DNA of 42,558 nucleotides from positions 1 to 42,558 of IMG/VR virus record IMGVR_UViG_3300034008_000127; one strand, given 5' to 3'. This stretch comes from a virus (lineage: Duplodnaviria; Caudoviricetes). Shown here piece after piece: positions 18,900 through 28,024 of this stretch (positions are counted from its first letter, which is position 1; each line of letters begins with the position of its first letter). The notes below the pieces were generated by a model, which did not search any database, was not told where the DNA came from, and saw only the letters and a list, made by a program, of their open reading frames with translations. Both the position numbers and the translations under genes were made by a program.

Positions 18900-19170
18900 G
18901 GCCTCCGGTCAAAATCAGGTTTGATTTCGACAGGGAGGCGCGAGCGGACCCGCGGGCTGTCTCTGGGGACACGCACCCCATATCGCGCGGCTGCTTTCGC
19001 CGGGTGCATCCGGGGCCACTCGCGTGGGGAGGCCGGAGGTTGGGGGGATGTCGGCACCTCCGACGCCCCCCGACGCCGTCGTTACCTGCCGACTGGCCCA
19101 GCCCTTGTCCCCGTGGGGGCTGGTAAGCTCAAGACTATGGTGTCCACCGGGTGGGGAAGCTCACGCAGTA

Positions 19171-19199
19171 GAAATGTGCCGGATCAGGAACAAAGTCAA
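19171..19199 (-). promoter_or_regulatory. Putative capsid promoter with operator TGTGCC-N6-GGAACA (19175-19192)
   Basis: Minus strand TTGACT-17 bp-CATTTC; the operator resembles the cro/cI operator at 37567-37583. Confidence 0.5.
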
Positions 19200-19209
19200 G
19201 CGTCGGTAA

Positions 19210-20124
19210 TCAGCGTGAACGCGCCTTCGCGACGACGCCCAGCAGCGCCTGCCGCCGCTGGTATTCGGGACTGGTCGCGTCGGCCAGCTTCGCGCCGATC
19301 GTTGGGTCGTTGCTCATGCGGTCCAGCTCGATCTGGGCCGCTTCCGACGTCATCGTCCCCATCCGCATTTCGACCGTCGCGCCGTCGACCTTGGCCAGCT
19401 CGCCCGTCTTTTCCGCCAGCGCGAACAGACCGCGGAGCGCCTTACCCGCACCGCCGACTTGTTCCAATGCGGGCACGATGTCGGCGATCTCGACGCCCGC
19501 GCCGCGCAGCATGCTGTCCACCGCCGCCAGCCGCATGTTGTACGCCTGCGGCCCCAGCTCCAGCTCGACGGCCGTGATCTCGTCCTTTCCGGCCTGCGTG
19601 ATCTTGCTGATCCGGTCCGCCTCGCGCAGATTGTGCTTCTCGACCAGCCGCTGCGCCTGGATCGGGTGCAGCCCGACGTCGTGGAAGTCCTGGCGCCACT
19701 CCTCACCATAGTCGGTCGGCTTCCCATCGGGGCCGAGGATCGCATAATCCTTCGCGTCCGCCGGGCGCACCTTGCCCGCGAACTCCTCGAACGCCGCCGC
19801 GTCGGTCGCAGCCGGCACCGCCACCCGCCCGCGCGCCCAGTTGCGCGTCTCGACGAACGCCTTGGCCATGTCCGGCACCGATCCGTATCGCGCCAGCGTC
19901 TCGTCGCCCTGCAGCTCGGCCGGCAGGAACTTCTGCTGCCAGCTCGGCTCCCCTCCCTGTTGCCCCCCCGGCTGCTGGCCGCCCTGCTGGCCACCACCCT
20001 GCTGCCCATCTTGCGCGCCACCCGCTGCCGCACCCGCCGCAGCCGCAGCGATCGCCGCCGCCGCCGCGCTATCGCCGCCGCCCCCGGAGGCGCCCTGCGC
20101 GCCGCCGCCCTGTCCGTCACTCAC
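19210..20124 (-). CDS. Capsid scaffolding protein
   Basis: Low-complexity G/Q/A N-terminus, W...LP.EL, RP.DAKDY, GL..QAQ.L motifs; position before the capsid gene. Confidence 0.75.
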   Translation of the reverse strand: MSDGQGGGAQGASGGGGDSAAAAAIAAAAAGAAAGGAQDGQQGGGQQGGQQPGGQQGGEPSWQQKFLPAELQGDETLARYGSVPDMAKAFVETRNWARGRVAVPAATDAAAFEEFAGKVRPADAKDYAILGPDGKPTDYGEEWRQDFHDVGLHPIQAQRLVEKHNLREADRISKITQAGKDEITAVELELGPQAYNMRLAAVDSMLRGAGVEIADIVPALEQVGGAGKALRGLFALAEKTGELAKVDGATVEMRMGTMTSEAAQIELDRMSNDPTIGAKLADATSPEYQRRQALLGVVAKARSR

Positions 20125-20488
20125 CGTCCGTCTCCCTCATCGTCTTGGCCAGTTTGCGCAGCCGCGACCCGTCGAGGTCGAGCTGCGAAAGGATATGCAG
20201 CGCCAGCTTCCGCGCGCCGTTGCGCTCGCGCATATCGGCATCGCTGATCCCGCCCGGATCGAAGCGGCCCAGCTGCGCGATCGTCGCGATGTCGCCGAAA
20301 ACCGCGATGGCCGCGGGCGTCATCGCGCCGCCGTCGTCCAGGAACAGCCGCCGGTAGGACCGGATCGTGTCCGCCTTGCGCGAGGAGCGCTTGAGCACGG
20401 CGAGCAGCCGAGCCCGCCGCGTTCGTGCCTCGCCCGCGACGCGATCGGCCACCGCCGCCAGCGCATCGATCTCCAGGTCAGCGGCCAT
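20117..20488 (-). CDS. Bbp19-like head-associated protein
   Basis: YRRLF...G...VF.DI...RNGARKLALHI pattern; position between portal and scaffold. Confidence 0.7.
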   Translation of the reverse strand: MAADLEIDALAAVADRVAGEARTRRARLLAVLKRSSRKADTIRSYRRLFLDDGGAMTPAAIAVFGDIATIAQLGRFDPGGISDADMRERNGARKLALHILSQLDLDGSRLRKLAKTMRETDGE

Positions 20489-20491
20489 GCG

Positions 20492-20770
20492 TCATGCCAC
20501 CATCGCCCGAATTTTACGGACATCGTCGAGCATCTTGGCGGCGTGCCGCTCCAAGGCCCGCGCCGCGGCCTCCAGGTCGTCATCGCTGACGCCTCGATCC
20601 GCAGTGAACTTCGCGCGCAGCGATCGTTCGTTGATCCCGATCTCCGCCGCCAGCACCACCTGGCCTACATGGTTGGACGCCTTCTCCAGCATCATCATGC
20701 GCGCGACCTTCGTCGCCATCGCCGGAGGGGCCGGGGCAGGCGGCTTTTCAGGTTCTGGCGCAACGCTCAC
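20492..20770 (-). CDS. Small HTH-like protein
   Basis: GTGA-coupled to the portal stop; GQVVLAAEIGINERSLRAKF resembles a helix-turn-helix. Confidence 0.55.
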   Translation of the reverse strand: MSVAPEPEKPPAPAPPAMATKVARMMMLEKASNHVGQVVLAAEIGINERSLRAKFTADRGVSDDDLEAAARALERHAAKMLDDVRKIRAMVA

Positions 20771-22530
20771 TGCATCGCCCCCGCCTGCGCCGCATTCTTG
20801 GCCGCATCGGCCAGCACCGGCGCCGCCTGCAGCAGCTGCGCCACCTGCGCCTGCTGCGCATCGGCCTCGTCGCGCGCCGCCTTCTCCTCCTCCGTCGCCC
20901 GCCAGCGCGCCGGAATGCCGTTCGCCCGGCCCAGGCCGGGGATCACCTTCTCCAGCGGATACTCGCGCGTGAACACCTGCACCGCACCGGGATCGAACTG
21001 CGCGACGGACGCCACCTGCTCGCCGGTGCGCAGGTACGCCGCGGCCTCGGTCGCCTCCATCATCTGCGTCAGCAGGTTGTCGTAGACGATGTGCAGTCCG
21101 GCTCCGCCCTCGATCGCCTCCGCCAGCATGGGAGGCATGTCGTCCAGGAAGCCTTCCTCCCACAACAGGTCGATCTCGCATTCCAGCAGCGGAGCGAACC
21201 AGCTGCCTTCCTGCCGTGCGAGCGGCGACAGCAGGATGCCTTTCTCGCCTGTCTCCTCCATGATCCGCGCCGCGGGAATGTGCGTCTTGTACTCCCGGTT
21301 CAGCTGCATCAGATCGCGGTAGAACGCCTTGTCGATGACAGCGTGCACCTCGGCGTGCAGCTCGGCCGCGCCGTTCAGGTCAATGCCATCGAACAGCGGC
21401 TTCAACTGCGCTTCGCCGCGCTCGTCGAGGCCGCCGTACGTGATGCCCCACGGACCCAGCGCGATGATCGCCTGATCCAGGTCGTCGCTCGGCGCCAGCA
21501 GCGGACGCTTGACCGCCATTTCCGTCGCCAAAACGCGGTCCTGCATCATCACCTGGCTGGCGCGGATCGCGGGCAGCACGCTTCCCGCCGGGCCGCGGCC
21601 GTAGCTTTCGTTGTGGCTGCGCGCGAAATGGCTGACGATCCGCCGCAGCGTGCGATAGCCGCCGGTCAGGAACACGCGGTCGCCCTGCTTGTCGCGCTCG
21701 CTGTAATAGCAGGCGCGCCACGGCATTCCCGCCGCGTCGATTCGCCCCGGCACGACACGCGGGTTGCGCTCGATCACGTGCAGGAAGGTGAAGGGCTCGG
21801 ACCCGCGGTGCTGCCCGGTGCCCATGCGATCGGACATCGCGGTGCGCACCGCGGGCGGGCATCGGTCCTGCCATTTCGCCGACGCCTGCTCGGCGCTCAG
21901 CGTGAACTTGCGATGGACCCGCATCGGGTTGCCCTCGGCGTCCAGCTCCACCCAGATCCCGCCGATATGCTCCGACTGGTAGGACAGGCCGACGAACCGG
22001 CCCCACCCGTCGAAGCGCCGGTCGCACCACATGCTCTGCTCGCCGAACGCGAACAGCGATTCCGCGCTGGCATGCACCGCCGTCGTGAACCCCGACTTGG
22101 GATCGTTGCGCATCCCGAAGATCAGGTCTTCCTTGGCCTCGAACCATTGCTGGACGGCGACGCTCTCCATGATGCGCTGGTCCAGCATCCGCATCCGTTG
22201 CCATTTCTGGCCGCGCGGCATGACGAAGCCCTCGAACGTCGACACGCCGTCCTGCAGGGCGAGCGCCGCATATTCGTCGTACTGCGCGTTGGTCTGCACC
22301 CGCCCCTGGCTGGCCCACTCGCCGTTGAACCCGCCCGCCGCGGGCAGCACCAGGTCCGCGATCTCGCCGCGCAGACTGTCGAACCCGCTACGGGCGCTCT
22401 CCATGCGCGTCTGCGCCGCGGCGATCGCGCGGTCGTCGAATCCCCCATGCACATGGGTGACGCCGGAACGCGACCCGCCATACCCCACCACCGGGGGCGT
22501 CGTTGCAGGTCCCATCCCGAACGTGCTCAT
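20767..22530 (-). CDS. Portal (head-tail connector) protein
   Basis: 587 aa; SGF...H.....L.AFG, ESYGRGP, E..LL.PL motifs of T7 gp8/Bbp21-like portals. Confidence 0.88.
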   Translation of the reverse strand: MSTFGMGPATTPPVVGYGGSRSGVTHVHGGFDDRAIAAAQTRMESARSGFDSLRGEIADLVLPAAGGFNGEWASQGRVQTNAQYDEYAALALQDGVSTFEGFVMPRGQKWQRMRMLDQRIMESVAVQQWFEAKEDLIFGMRNDPKSGFTTAVHASAESLFAFGEQSMWCDRRFDGWGRFVGLSYQSEHIGGIWVELDAEGNPMRVHRKFTLSAEQASAKWQDRCPPAVRTAMSDRMGTGQHRGSEPFTFLHVIERNPRVVPGRIDAAGMPWRACYYSERDKQGDRVFLTGGYRTLRRIVSHFARSHNESYGRGPAGSVLPAIRASQVMMQDRVLATEMAVKRPLLAPSDDLDQAIIALGPWGITYGGLDERGEAQLKPLFDGIDLNGAAELHAEVHAVIDKAFYRDLMQLNREYKTHIPAARIMEETGEKGILLSPLARQEGSWFAPLLECEIDLLWEEGFLDDMPPMLAEAIEGGAGLHIVYDNLLTQMMEATEAAAYLRTGEQVASVAQFDPGAVQVFTREYPLEKVIPGLGRANGIPARWRATEEEKAARDEADAQQAQVAQLLQAAPVLADAAKNAAQAGAMQ

Positions 22531-22532
22531 GG

Positions 22533-22862
22533 TCAGGCTGGCTCGTAAGTAGCGGCGAAGATGTCGGGCTTGCAGGGATAACGCTCACCCTTCACGCCGG
22601 TGATGATGAAGTCACCGGGGCACACGATATGGCCGCCCTCCAGTGTGTCGATCCATCCGTGGTCGTTCATGCGCAGGCGGCAATGCTCGCACGCCTTCTC
22701 GCCGCTCACCTGAGGATGGCGGAAATACCGCACCACTTCCCCCTCTCCCTTGAAGGGGCCGCTGCCCGCGTCGAAGGTCTGGCAGTTGTCCTCCGGATGG
22801 TCGCCGTTCTCGTGCCATTGCGCCGCCTCGATCACGACTGGTAGCTTGCGGTACTGTGCCAT
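22533..22862 (-). CDS. Conserved phage protein (PGDYG-like)
   Basis: YRKLPVVIEAAQW...TLEG...PGDFIITGVKGERYPCKPDIFAATYE; lower GC than neighbours. Confidence 0.75.
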   Translation of the reverse strand: MAQYRKLPVVIEAAQWHENGDHPEDNCQTFDAGSGPFKGEGEVVRYFRHPQVSGEKACEHCRLRMNDHGWIDTLEGGHIVCPGDFIITGVKGERYPCKPDIFAATYEPA

Positions 22863-23040
22863 TGTTCCTTACTCCAAACTCGATCGAAGTATCACTTTGA
22901 TCGAAGGTACTTGCGCCGGGGCCAGCCATCGCGACTTCCAACCTTCCCCCGTCCGACCGCGTTGACGATTGCTCGCTGGCTGGCCTGTTCGATCCCCGCC
23001 GGCGCGGTCGGGGACGGGTTCACGGAGGGGGAAGCCCGAA

Positions 23041-23739
23041 CTACGCCGTCGCGAACTGGAGCGTGGAGGGCGCCAGCTTGGCCGAACGCCCGCCGCCGAT
23101 CGCGAACGGCTTGACCAGCGCGGCCCTGGCGACCGGCTTGGTGCCCTCCACTAAGAACGCGGCCGCGATCTCCGTCGATGCCAGCTCGCGCGGGAACTCG
23201 ACCTCGCGCTTCAGCGTCACCGACGATCCCATCGGCTCGTAGTCCGCCGACTCGAATGTCATGCCGGGCAGCTCGCGCAGCGGCGTGTCCGTGTCGTCCA
23301 CGAACACCACGCGGCTCGTGCTGGTCAGCGCCGCCAGCGATCCGCTGCCGGGCAGCGCATCCGCGGCGATCTTGAGCGGCGTCAGGGCCTTCACCGGGGC
23401 AGGCTCCGGCGGGCGCGCGCCCTTCCTGGCATTGGCCACCGCCAGCTTCATGTCCTGATCGTGCTTGACGGCCTGCGCCGCCAGCATTGCGTCGACCTGC
23501 TCCTGGGTGAACGTCGCCGGTCCGCTCTCGCCCGACGCGCCGCCCGTCGCGCCACCTTCCTCCGATCCCTCGCGCGTCTTCAGCTCGCGATGAATGGCAT
23601 CCATCAGGGTCGTGCGGCTCGATTGCGCCTTCTCCAGATCGTGCAGCGCATTCAGCTGCGCGATCGACAGCGCACCGAACTTCTCGATGATGCTGTCGAC
23701 CGTGCCGTTCACCAGCTCGTTTACGTCATAGTCCGTCAT
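23041..23739 (-). CDS. Hypothetical phage protein
   Basis: ATG with AGGAG SD; 232 aa; N-terminal LE..Q.SRTTL..AI helical motif. Confidence 0.65.
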   Translation of the reverse strand: MTDYDVNELVNGTVDSIIEKFGALSIAQLNALHDLEKAQSSRTTLMDAIHRELKTREGSEEGGATGGASGESGPATFTQEQVDAMLAAQAVKHDQDMKLAVANARKGARPPEPAPVKALTPLKIAADALPGSGSLAALTSTSRVVFVDDTDTPLRELPGMTFESADYEPMGSSVTLKREVEFPRELASTEIAAAFLVEGTKPVARAALVKPFAIGGGRSAKLAPSTLQFATA

Positions 23740-23765
23740 CGTCACTCTCCTTGAAAAATGGTGGG

Positions 23766-24005
23766 TCACTGGCCGAGGTACGTTTTCTTGCCGGTGCCCG
23801 ATTCTGCGCCACCCGATCCGGTGCGCCGGTTCGCCGCCGATCCCCGCCGCGCCATCAGCGCGTCCGCCACCACCGAACTGCTCCGCGGCGTAGCGGTGGG
23901 CAGCGGCATGACGGCCTTGGGTGCCTTCGGTTTGTCGAACGCGCCTAGCGCCGCGGCCAGCGGCGACACAGCGAACTTCAGAATCTTGCCGACGCCTGCC
24001 ATCAT
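23766..24005 (-). CDS. Small basic virion protein preceding the portal
   Basis: ATGA-coupled to the terL stop; ends GKKTYLGQ, typical of pre-portal proteins of this phage group. Confidence 0.65.
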   Translation of the reverse strand: MMAGVGKILKFAVSPLAAALGAFDKPKAPKAVMPLPTATPRSSSVVADALMARRGSAANRRTGSGGAESGTGKKTYLGQ

Positions 24006-25591
24006 CGCCCTCCCTGATGCGCGAAATATCCAGTGCCGAAGCTCGGCCCCCTGCGCCGCTTTTCCGGCGCACCCCGGCGCGCATCGTCTGCGAACACCGT
24101 GTCGCCCAGCTTGGTCAGCCCGAGATCGAGATACTGCTTGGCGTCGTGGACGTGGCTGAAGTCGTTCTTCTCCGGCTCGTCCTTCCACCGCCCGCCTCCC
24201 TGCGACAGCGTTACACGCACGATCACGTAGCCGTTGTTGAACCCCCGCCGCAGCACGGGGCAGTCGCTCGACAGCAGCTGCCCCGGCTCGCCGCCCGCGG
24301 CGTTGGTCACCAGCCCGGAGCGCACCGCTTCCAGCCGCGGCGAAATGCGGTTGCCCTTGACCGGCGCAGGCTTCAGCGGCGGGTTGGCCTTCATCACCTC
24401 GCGCCACCCGGCTTTGAACTCTTTCAGCCAGGCCGACTCCTCGCCCTCGGTCCCGCCGTAGGCGATTGCCGGATCGTAGAAGAACTGGCCCATTGTCGAA
24501 CGGGCGAAATGCTCCATCCACCAGGTCGCGGCTTCGCGGCCGAACGCGCGCGGACCGATCCGCTGCAGCGTGCTGTCGCCGTCCGGCGCATAGACGACCA
24601 GCTCGCGCAGCGTCCTGATCTGTCCGTTCGGCAGCCGCTGCCCCGCCACGATCGCGGGCGTGTTGCCGCCGTCGACGCCCAGGCACACCGGCACGCCGGG
24701 CACCGGCTTCAACGGTGCCTTCGCGCAGTGGAAGTCGTCGTTATACTCCGGATATACGGGCTGGCCGTTGCGCACCGCGCCGAACTCGTTGTCGACGAAC
24801 CGCCGAATGTCCGACTGCGCCAGCCCGAGCATCATCGTCGAATAATAGCCCTCGGGCAGGTTGCGGATGTTCTCCGGTTCGGGATCGACCGAGCGCCCGC
24901 CCGGCTGGCGATGAAAGCCGATGCCGAACCGCGGCCCCAGCGCCCCAGCGAGCGCCTCGCGCGTCTCGTCGTCGATCGGCAGCTTCTGGTCGACGAACAG
25001 GTCATAGGTCCAGTTGTCGATGTCGGGCGCGTTGAAGTCGCAGATCACGGCGCGGTACGCGCACCCGCCGTTCTTGGCGGACGGGTAGCGCCCGGTGCGC
25101 GGAAGGCCGAACCGCAGCACCGACCGGTCGAGCGTGTCGGTTTCGTTGAGCCACAGCCCGGTCAGCTCCAGGCCCTTCAGGACCTGCTCCGCCTTCTGGT
25201 CGCCCATCGCCCGGAAATACATCTCGATTTCAATGGGGTACGACAGCCCGCCCGGCTGGATGTAATCGAACCGCAGCCGGTGGACCATTTCGCGGCCGTT
25301 CCAGTTCTCCTTGGTCTTCGGGAACCAGGTGAACCACGAGTTGAGGACGTTGGTCTCCAGCTGCTGATACGTGTCGCGCACCACGCACCACCGCACCCGC
25401 CGCACCCCGTCGCGCGGATCCGGGTTCTGCAAGTGGACCGAATTGAAGATCTTGCGGATGCAGCTCGACGTCTTGGCCGATCCGAACGGCCCCATGATCG
25501 CGACGATCACGCGCTCGTCATCCACGAACCGCTCCGCCACCGGCCCCACCGGCGTCATCAGCTCGACCATCGGCTTCCGCTCGTCGGTCAT
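24002..25591 (-). CDS. terL: Terminase large subunit
   Basis: Walker A GPFGSAKTS, Walker B LWLNE, DFNAP coupling motif, nuclease GVDGGNTPA and SHVHDAKQY. Confidence 0.9.
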   Translation of the reverse strand: MTDERKPMVELMTPVGPVAERFVDDERVIVAIMGPFGSAKTSSCIRKIFNSVHLQNPDPRDGVRRVRWCVVRDTYQQLETNVLNSWFTWFPKTKENWNGREMVHRLRFDYIQPGGLSYPIEIEMYFRAMGDQKAEQVLKGLELTGLWLNETDTLDRSVLRFGLPRTGRYPSAKNGGCAYRAVICDFNAPDIDNWTYDLFVDQKLPIDDETREALAGALGPRFGIGFHRQPGGRSVDPEPENIRNLPEGYYSTMMLGLAQSDIRRFVDNEFGAVRNGQPVYPEYNDDFHCAKAPLKPVPGVPVCLGVDGGNTPAIVAGQRLPNGQIRTLRELVVYAPDGDSTLQRIGPRAFGREAATWWMEHFARSTMGQFFYDPAIAYGGTEGEESAWLKEFKAGWREVMKANPPLKPAPVKGNRISPRLEAVRSGLVTNAAGGEPGQLLSSDCPVLRRGFNNGYVIVRVTLSQGGGRWKDEPEKNDFSHVHDAKQYLDLGLTKLGDTVFADDARRGAPEKRRRGPSFGTGYFAHQGGR

Positions 25592-26022
25592 GCGGCCACG
25601 CTGATCACGGAGATTTCCCACGTCCCTTCACGGGTGGGGCCGACGATGCCGTTCCCGCTTGGATCGCACGCAATTTCGCCATCCAGCACGACAACGACGT
25701 GATTGCTTCCGAGGCTGGAGGTGCCACACAGGATCATCGGAACGTCCGGATTCTGACAGGACGTCCATTCGAGCACTTGGGCCAAGTTGGCGGTCAACCC
25801 ATCGTACGCGAAGGTAGCGCAGGTCAGCCCGCGCTCCGCCAACCACGCCTTCTGCCGCTCCGACCACCACTGCGGCGTGCCGCGTGACGCGTTCGGGTCA
25901 TCACAGAAGTGGGGAACCTCGCTTGCGTCGAGGTCGAGGATCACGGCCACGCAAGTTCGCTGGCAATCGCCATAGCGGCCGACGCTAGGCTTGTGCTCGA
26001 TTAGCTGACGTTGCGGCCTCAC
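25588..26022 (-). CDS. Hypothetical protein with papain/C39-like Cys-His-Asp pattern
   Basis: GDCQRTC...NHVVVV...ACDP; coupled to both terS and terL; lower GC. Confidence 0.55.
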   Translation of the reverse strand: MRPQRQLIEHKPSVGRYGDCQRTCVAVILDLDASEVPHFCDDPNASRGTPQWWSERQKAWLAERGLTCATFAYDGLTANLAQVLEWTSCQNPDVPMILCGTSSLGSNHVVVVLDGEIACDPSGNGIVGPTREGTWEISVISVAA

Positions 26023-26840
26023 TGGCCGTCCCCGTCGGCGTCGCTGCTCCGGTTTTCCGGATCATCATCGTCATGGACGAACTGCCCATCGACGAACCGG
26101 TAATCGGCGAGCTGGCGCGGATCGATCCGCCCGCCCTCCAGCATCGTCGCGATGCCCTGCGCCGCCAGCTTGATGACGGCGGTCTTGTCCTCGATTGACG
26201 CGCCGTGCGCGACGGGCGGCGCGACGATCACGCCGTCGCTGCGATGCGTGACGACCGCCTCGACCGGCTTCTTGGAGTGGACATACTCGGCCGTCGCGCG
26301 CGCCGCGGCGAGCTGCAGGTTCAGCGCCTTGATCGCCAGGTCGCCCGGCTTCATCTTCAGCGCCTTGGCCGCGTCGAACACGCGCTCCAGGATGGACGAC
26401 ACCTTGTCGAGCTTGTCGGGGTTCAGCGCGCCGGTCGCGATCAGGTCCATGCACCCGCGCACCATCGCCTCGGCCGTGTCGATCAGCCCGAGCAGCCGCT
26501 CCTCGCGCTCGGCCGTGCTGTCCGCGATCAGCACCAGCTCGATCAGCTGGTCCAGCGGTCGCGAATACAGGCTGGCCATCGCCATCACCGGATCGCCGTG
26601 CTGATGCACGATCAGCTTGGCGAGCGCGCCGCTACGACGATTGCCCGCACCGGCTGGCCGACCCGGTCCGCGCTGAACCGTGCCCTCCCGCACCATCCGA
26701 TAGATGTTCTGCGGCAGCTTGCCGTCGTCCCCGCGCAACAGGTCCAGCTGCTCGGCATCGATCGCCGCCCCCAGCACGCCGTCCTCGTCGCCCAGCTCGC
26801 GAACGAACGCCCGCATGAGGCTGGGGGCTTCAGTTGACAC
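26019..26840 (-). CDS. terS: Terminase small subunit (putative)
   Basis: First gene of the late operon; RGPGRPAGAGNR AT-hook-like motif and AEYVHSK motif; GTG start at 26840. Confidence 0.65.
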   Translation of the reverse strand: MSTEAPSLMRAFVRELGDEDGVLGAAIDAEQLDLLRGDDGKLPQNIYRMVREGTVQRGPGRPAGAGNRRSGALAKLIVHQHGDPVMAMASLYSRPLDQLIELVLIADSTAEREERLLGLIDTAEAMVRGCMDLIATGALNPDKLDKVSSILERVFDAAKALKMKPGDLAIKALNLQLAAARATAEYVHSKKPVEAVVTHRSDGVIVAPPVAHGASIEDKTAVIKLAAQGIATMLEGGRIDPRQLADYRFVDGQFVHDDDDPENRSSDADGDGQ

Positions 26841-27945
26841 CGAGTCCCCCCACCCATAGCATCCGACCAGCCAGCACCGAGCGATGACAACCCTCGCCAC
26901 AACCCGGACCCGGCTTCGCCCGATGGGATTGCGCCGAATCCGCGCTTAGACTTCGCGGATCGCGGCTCGGCTCATACCCCGACCCGATTTGGTGGATTGA
27001 AATTTCGTCATTGGCTTGATGCTCTTTGCCTTCAGCAGGCGAAAGGTTTGCAAAACCTCCGGTCGCACCGGCGCGACGGGCATGGGAAACGCGGGCCGGG
27101 CGCGAAAGGGGGACACCCCCCTCGGCCTGGGCGCTCCAGGCGGCGTCGATCGCGGCGGTCAGGCCGCGCCAGCCGCGCCGCGTCGTCAGATTGGCAATCA
27201 GTCGACCGCCCCACGAAATCGACGCCAGAACAACGGCTTGGGTGCGCCGTGCGACATAGCGCGGTGCGACATCGCCCGATCGAGCCCCGGAAACCCACGG
27301 AAATCCGCCGTTCTGGTCGAGGGCGTCGCCACCCTCGACCAGTCCCGGCCGCGAGGCCCGAAGCGCCAGCACCGAGCCGCCCCGGCCGAGAAAATCCACC
27401 AGCCCCCGCCACCCACGTCCCCACAACACCCGTGCGGAAGCCGGACGCGAATATCCGACCCATTTAGTATTCGATCGGGCGGAGATCGGAAGCGGCATGG
27501 CGGCGAGTAGTGCTCGATTGGAACATTTGACGTCAAGCCATGTTCCTATCTGTACTAGATGTACTATCGATAGAACGGAGAAGGCACACCAAACCGCGCC
27601 GTACTATCCGTTCTGGATGTGCTGCGCGTGTCGCACCTGCGCACCGCTCGCCCGCGCACCGGCGAGCCATCCGCCAGCACAGCACATCCAGCACGCGTTG
27701 CTAAGTCGCTGACATTGCAAGGCTATCGGGCGGATCGGCCTAGCACGGCTACCACCCCCCGACCCGTTGGAGCCATCACCCTCGGCCCCGTACCAACCTT
27801 GATTGAAATCAATGGGTCCGGGTGTGGGCGAGCCAAAGAGCCGCCCGCTATGCGGGTCGATGATGAGGCTGCGCGCACCGCATCGCTCCGCGATGCTGCG
27901 CAGCCATGCCTATCGGAGCGCCAAAACGGGGTGCAAAATGGGCGC

Positions 27946-27977
27946 TTGACAGCCCGATATTGTTCCAAATAGGAATA
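27946..27977 (+). promoter_or_regulatory. Early promoter of the ardC operon with operator TGTTCC-AAATA-GGAATA (27961-27977)
   Basis: Perfect -35 TTGACA at 27946-27951; the palindromic operator overlaps the -10 region. Confidence 0.7.
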
Positions 27978-28024
27978 TAGGTAGGCGGTCACCGATCGCC
28001 TTCACCGGCAAGGAGGCCGACCCA

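Noticed and set aside
19950-20110. GGQQ/Ala low-complexity repeats
   Set aside because: Ordinary disordered N-terminus of a scaffolding protein, not a DNA repeat element.
27274-27281. GCCCGATC matching the tRNA 5' end beside the GTGCGACAT repeats
   Set aside because: An 8-bp GC-rich match is expected by chance; insufficient for an att core.
26830-27536. Several overlapping ORFs upstream of terS
   Set aside because: No SD, coupling or recognisable motifs; the region is better explained as non-coding control DNA.
27573-27587. Possible third LexA box GAAC-N7-GCAC
   Set aside because: One mismatch and no clear associated gene; not supportable without a PWM score.
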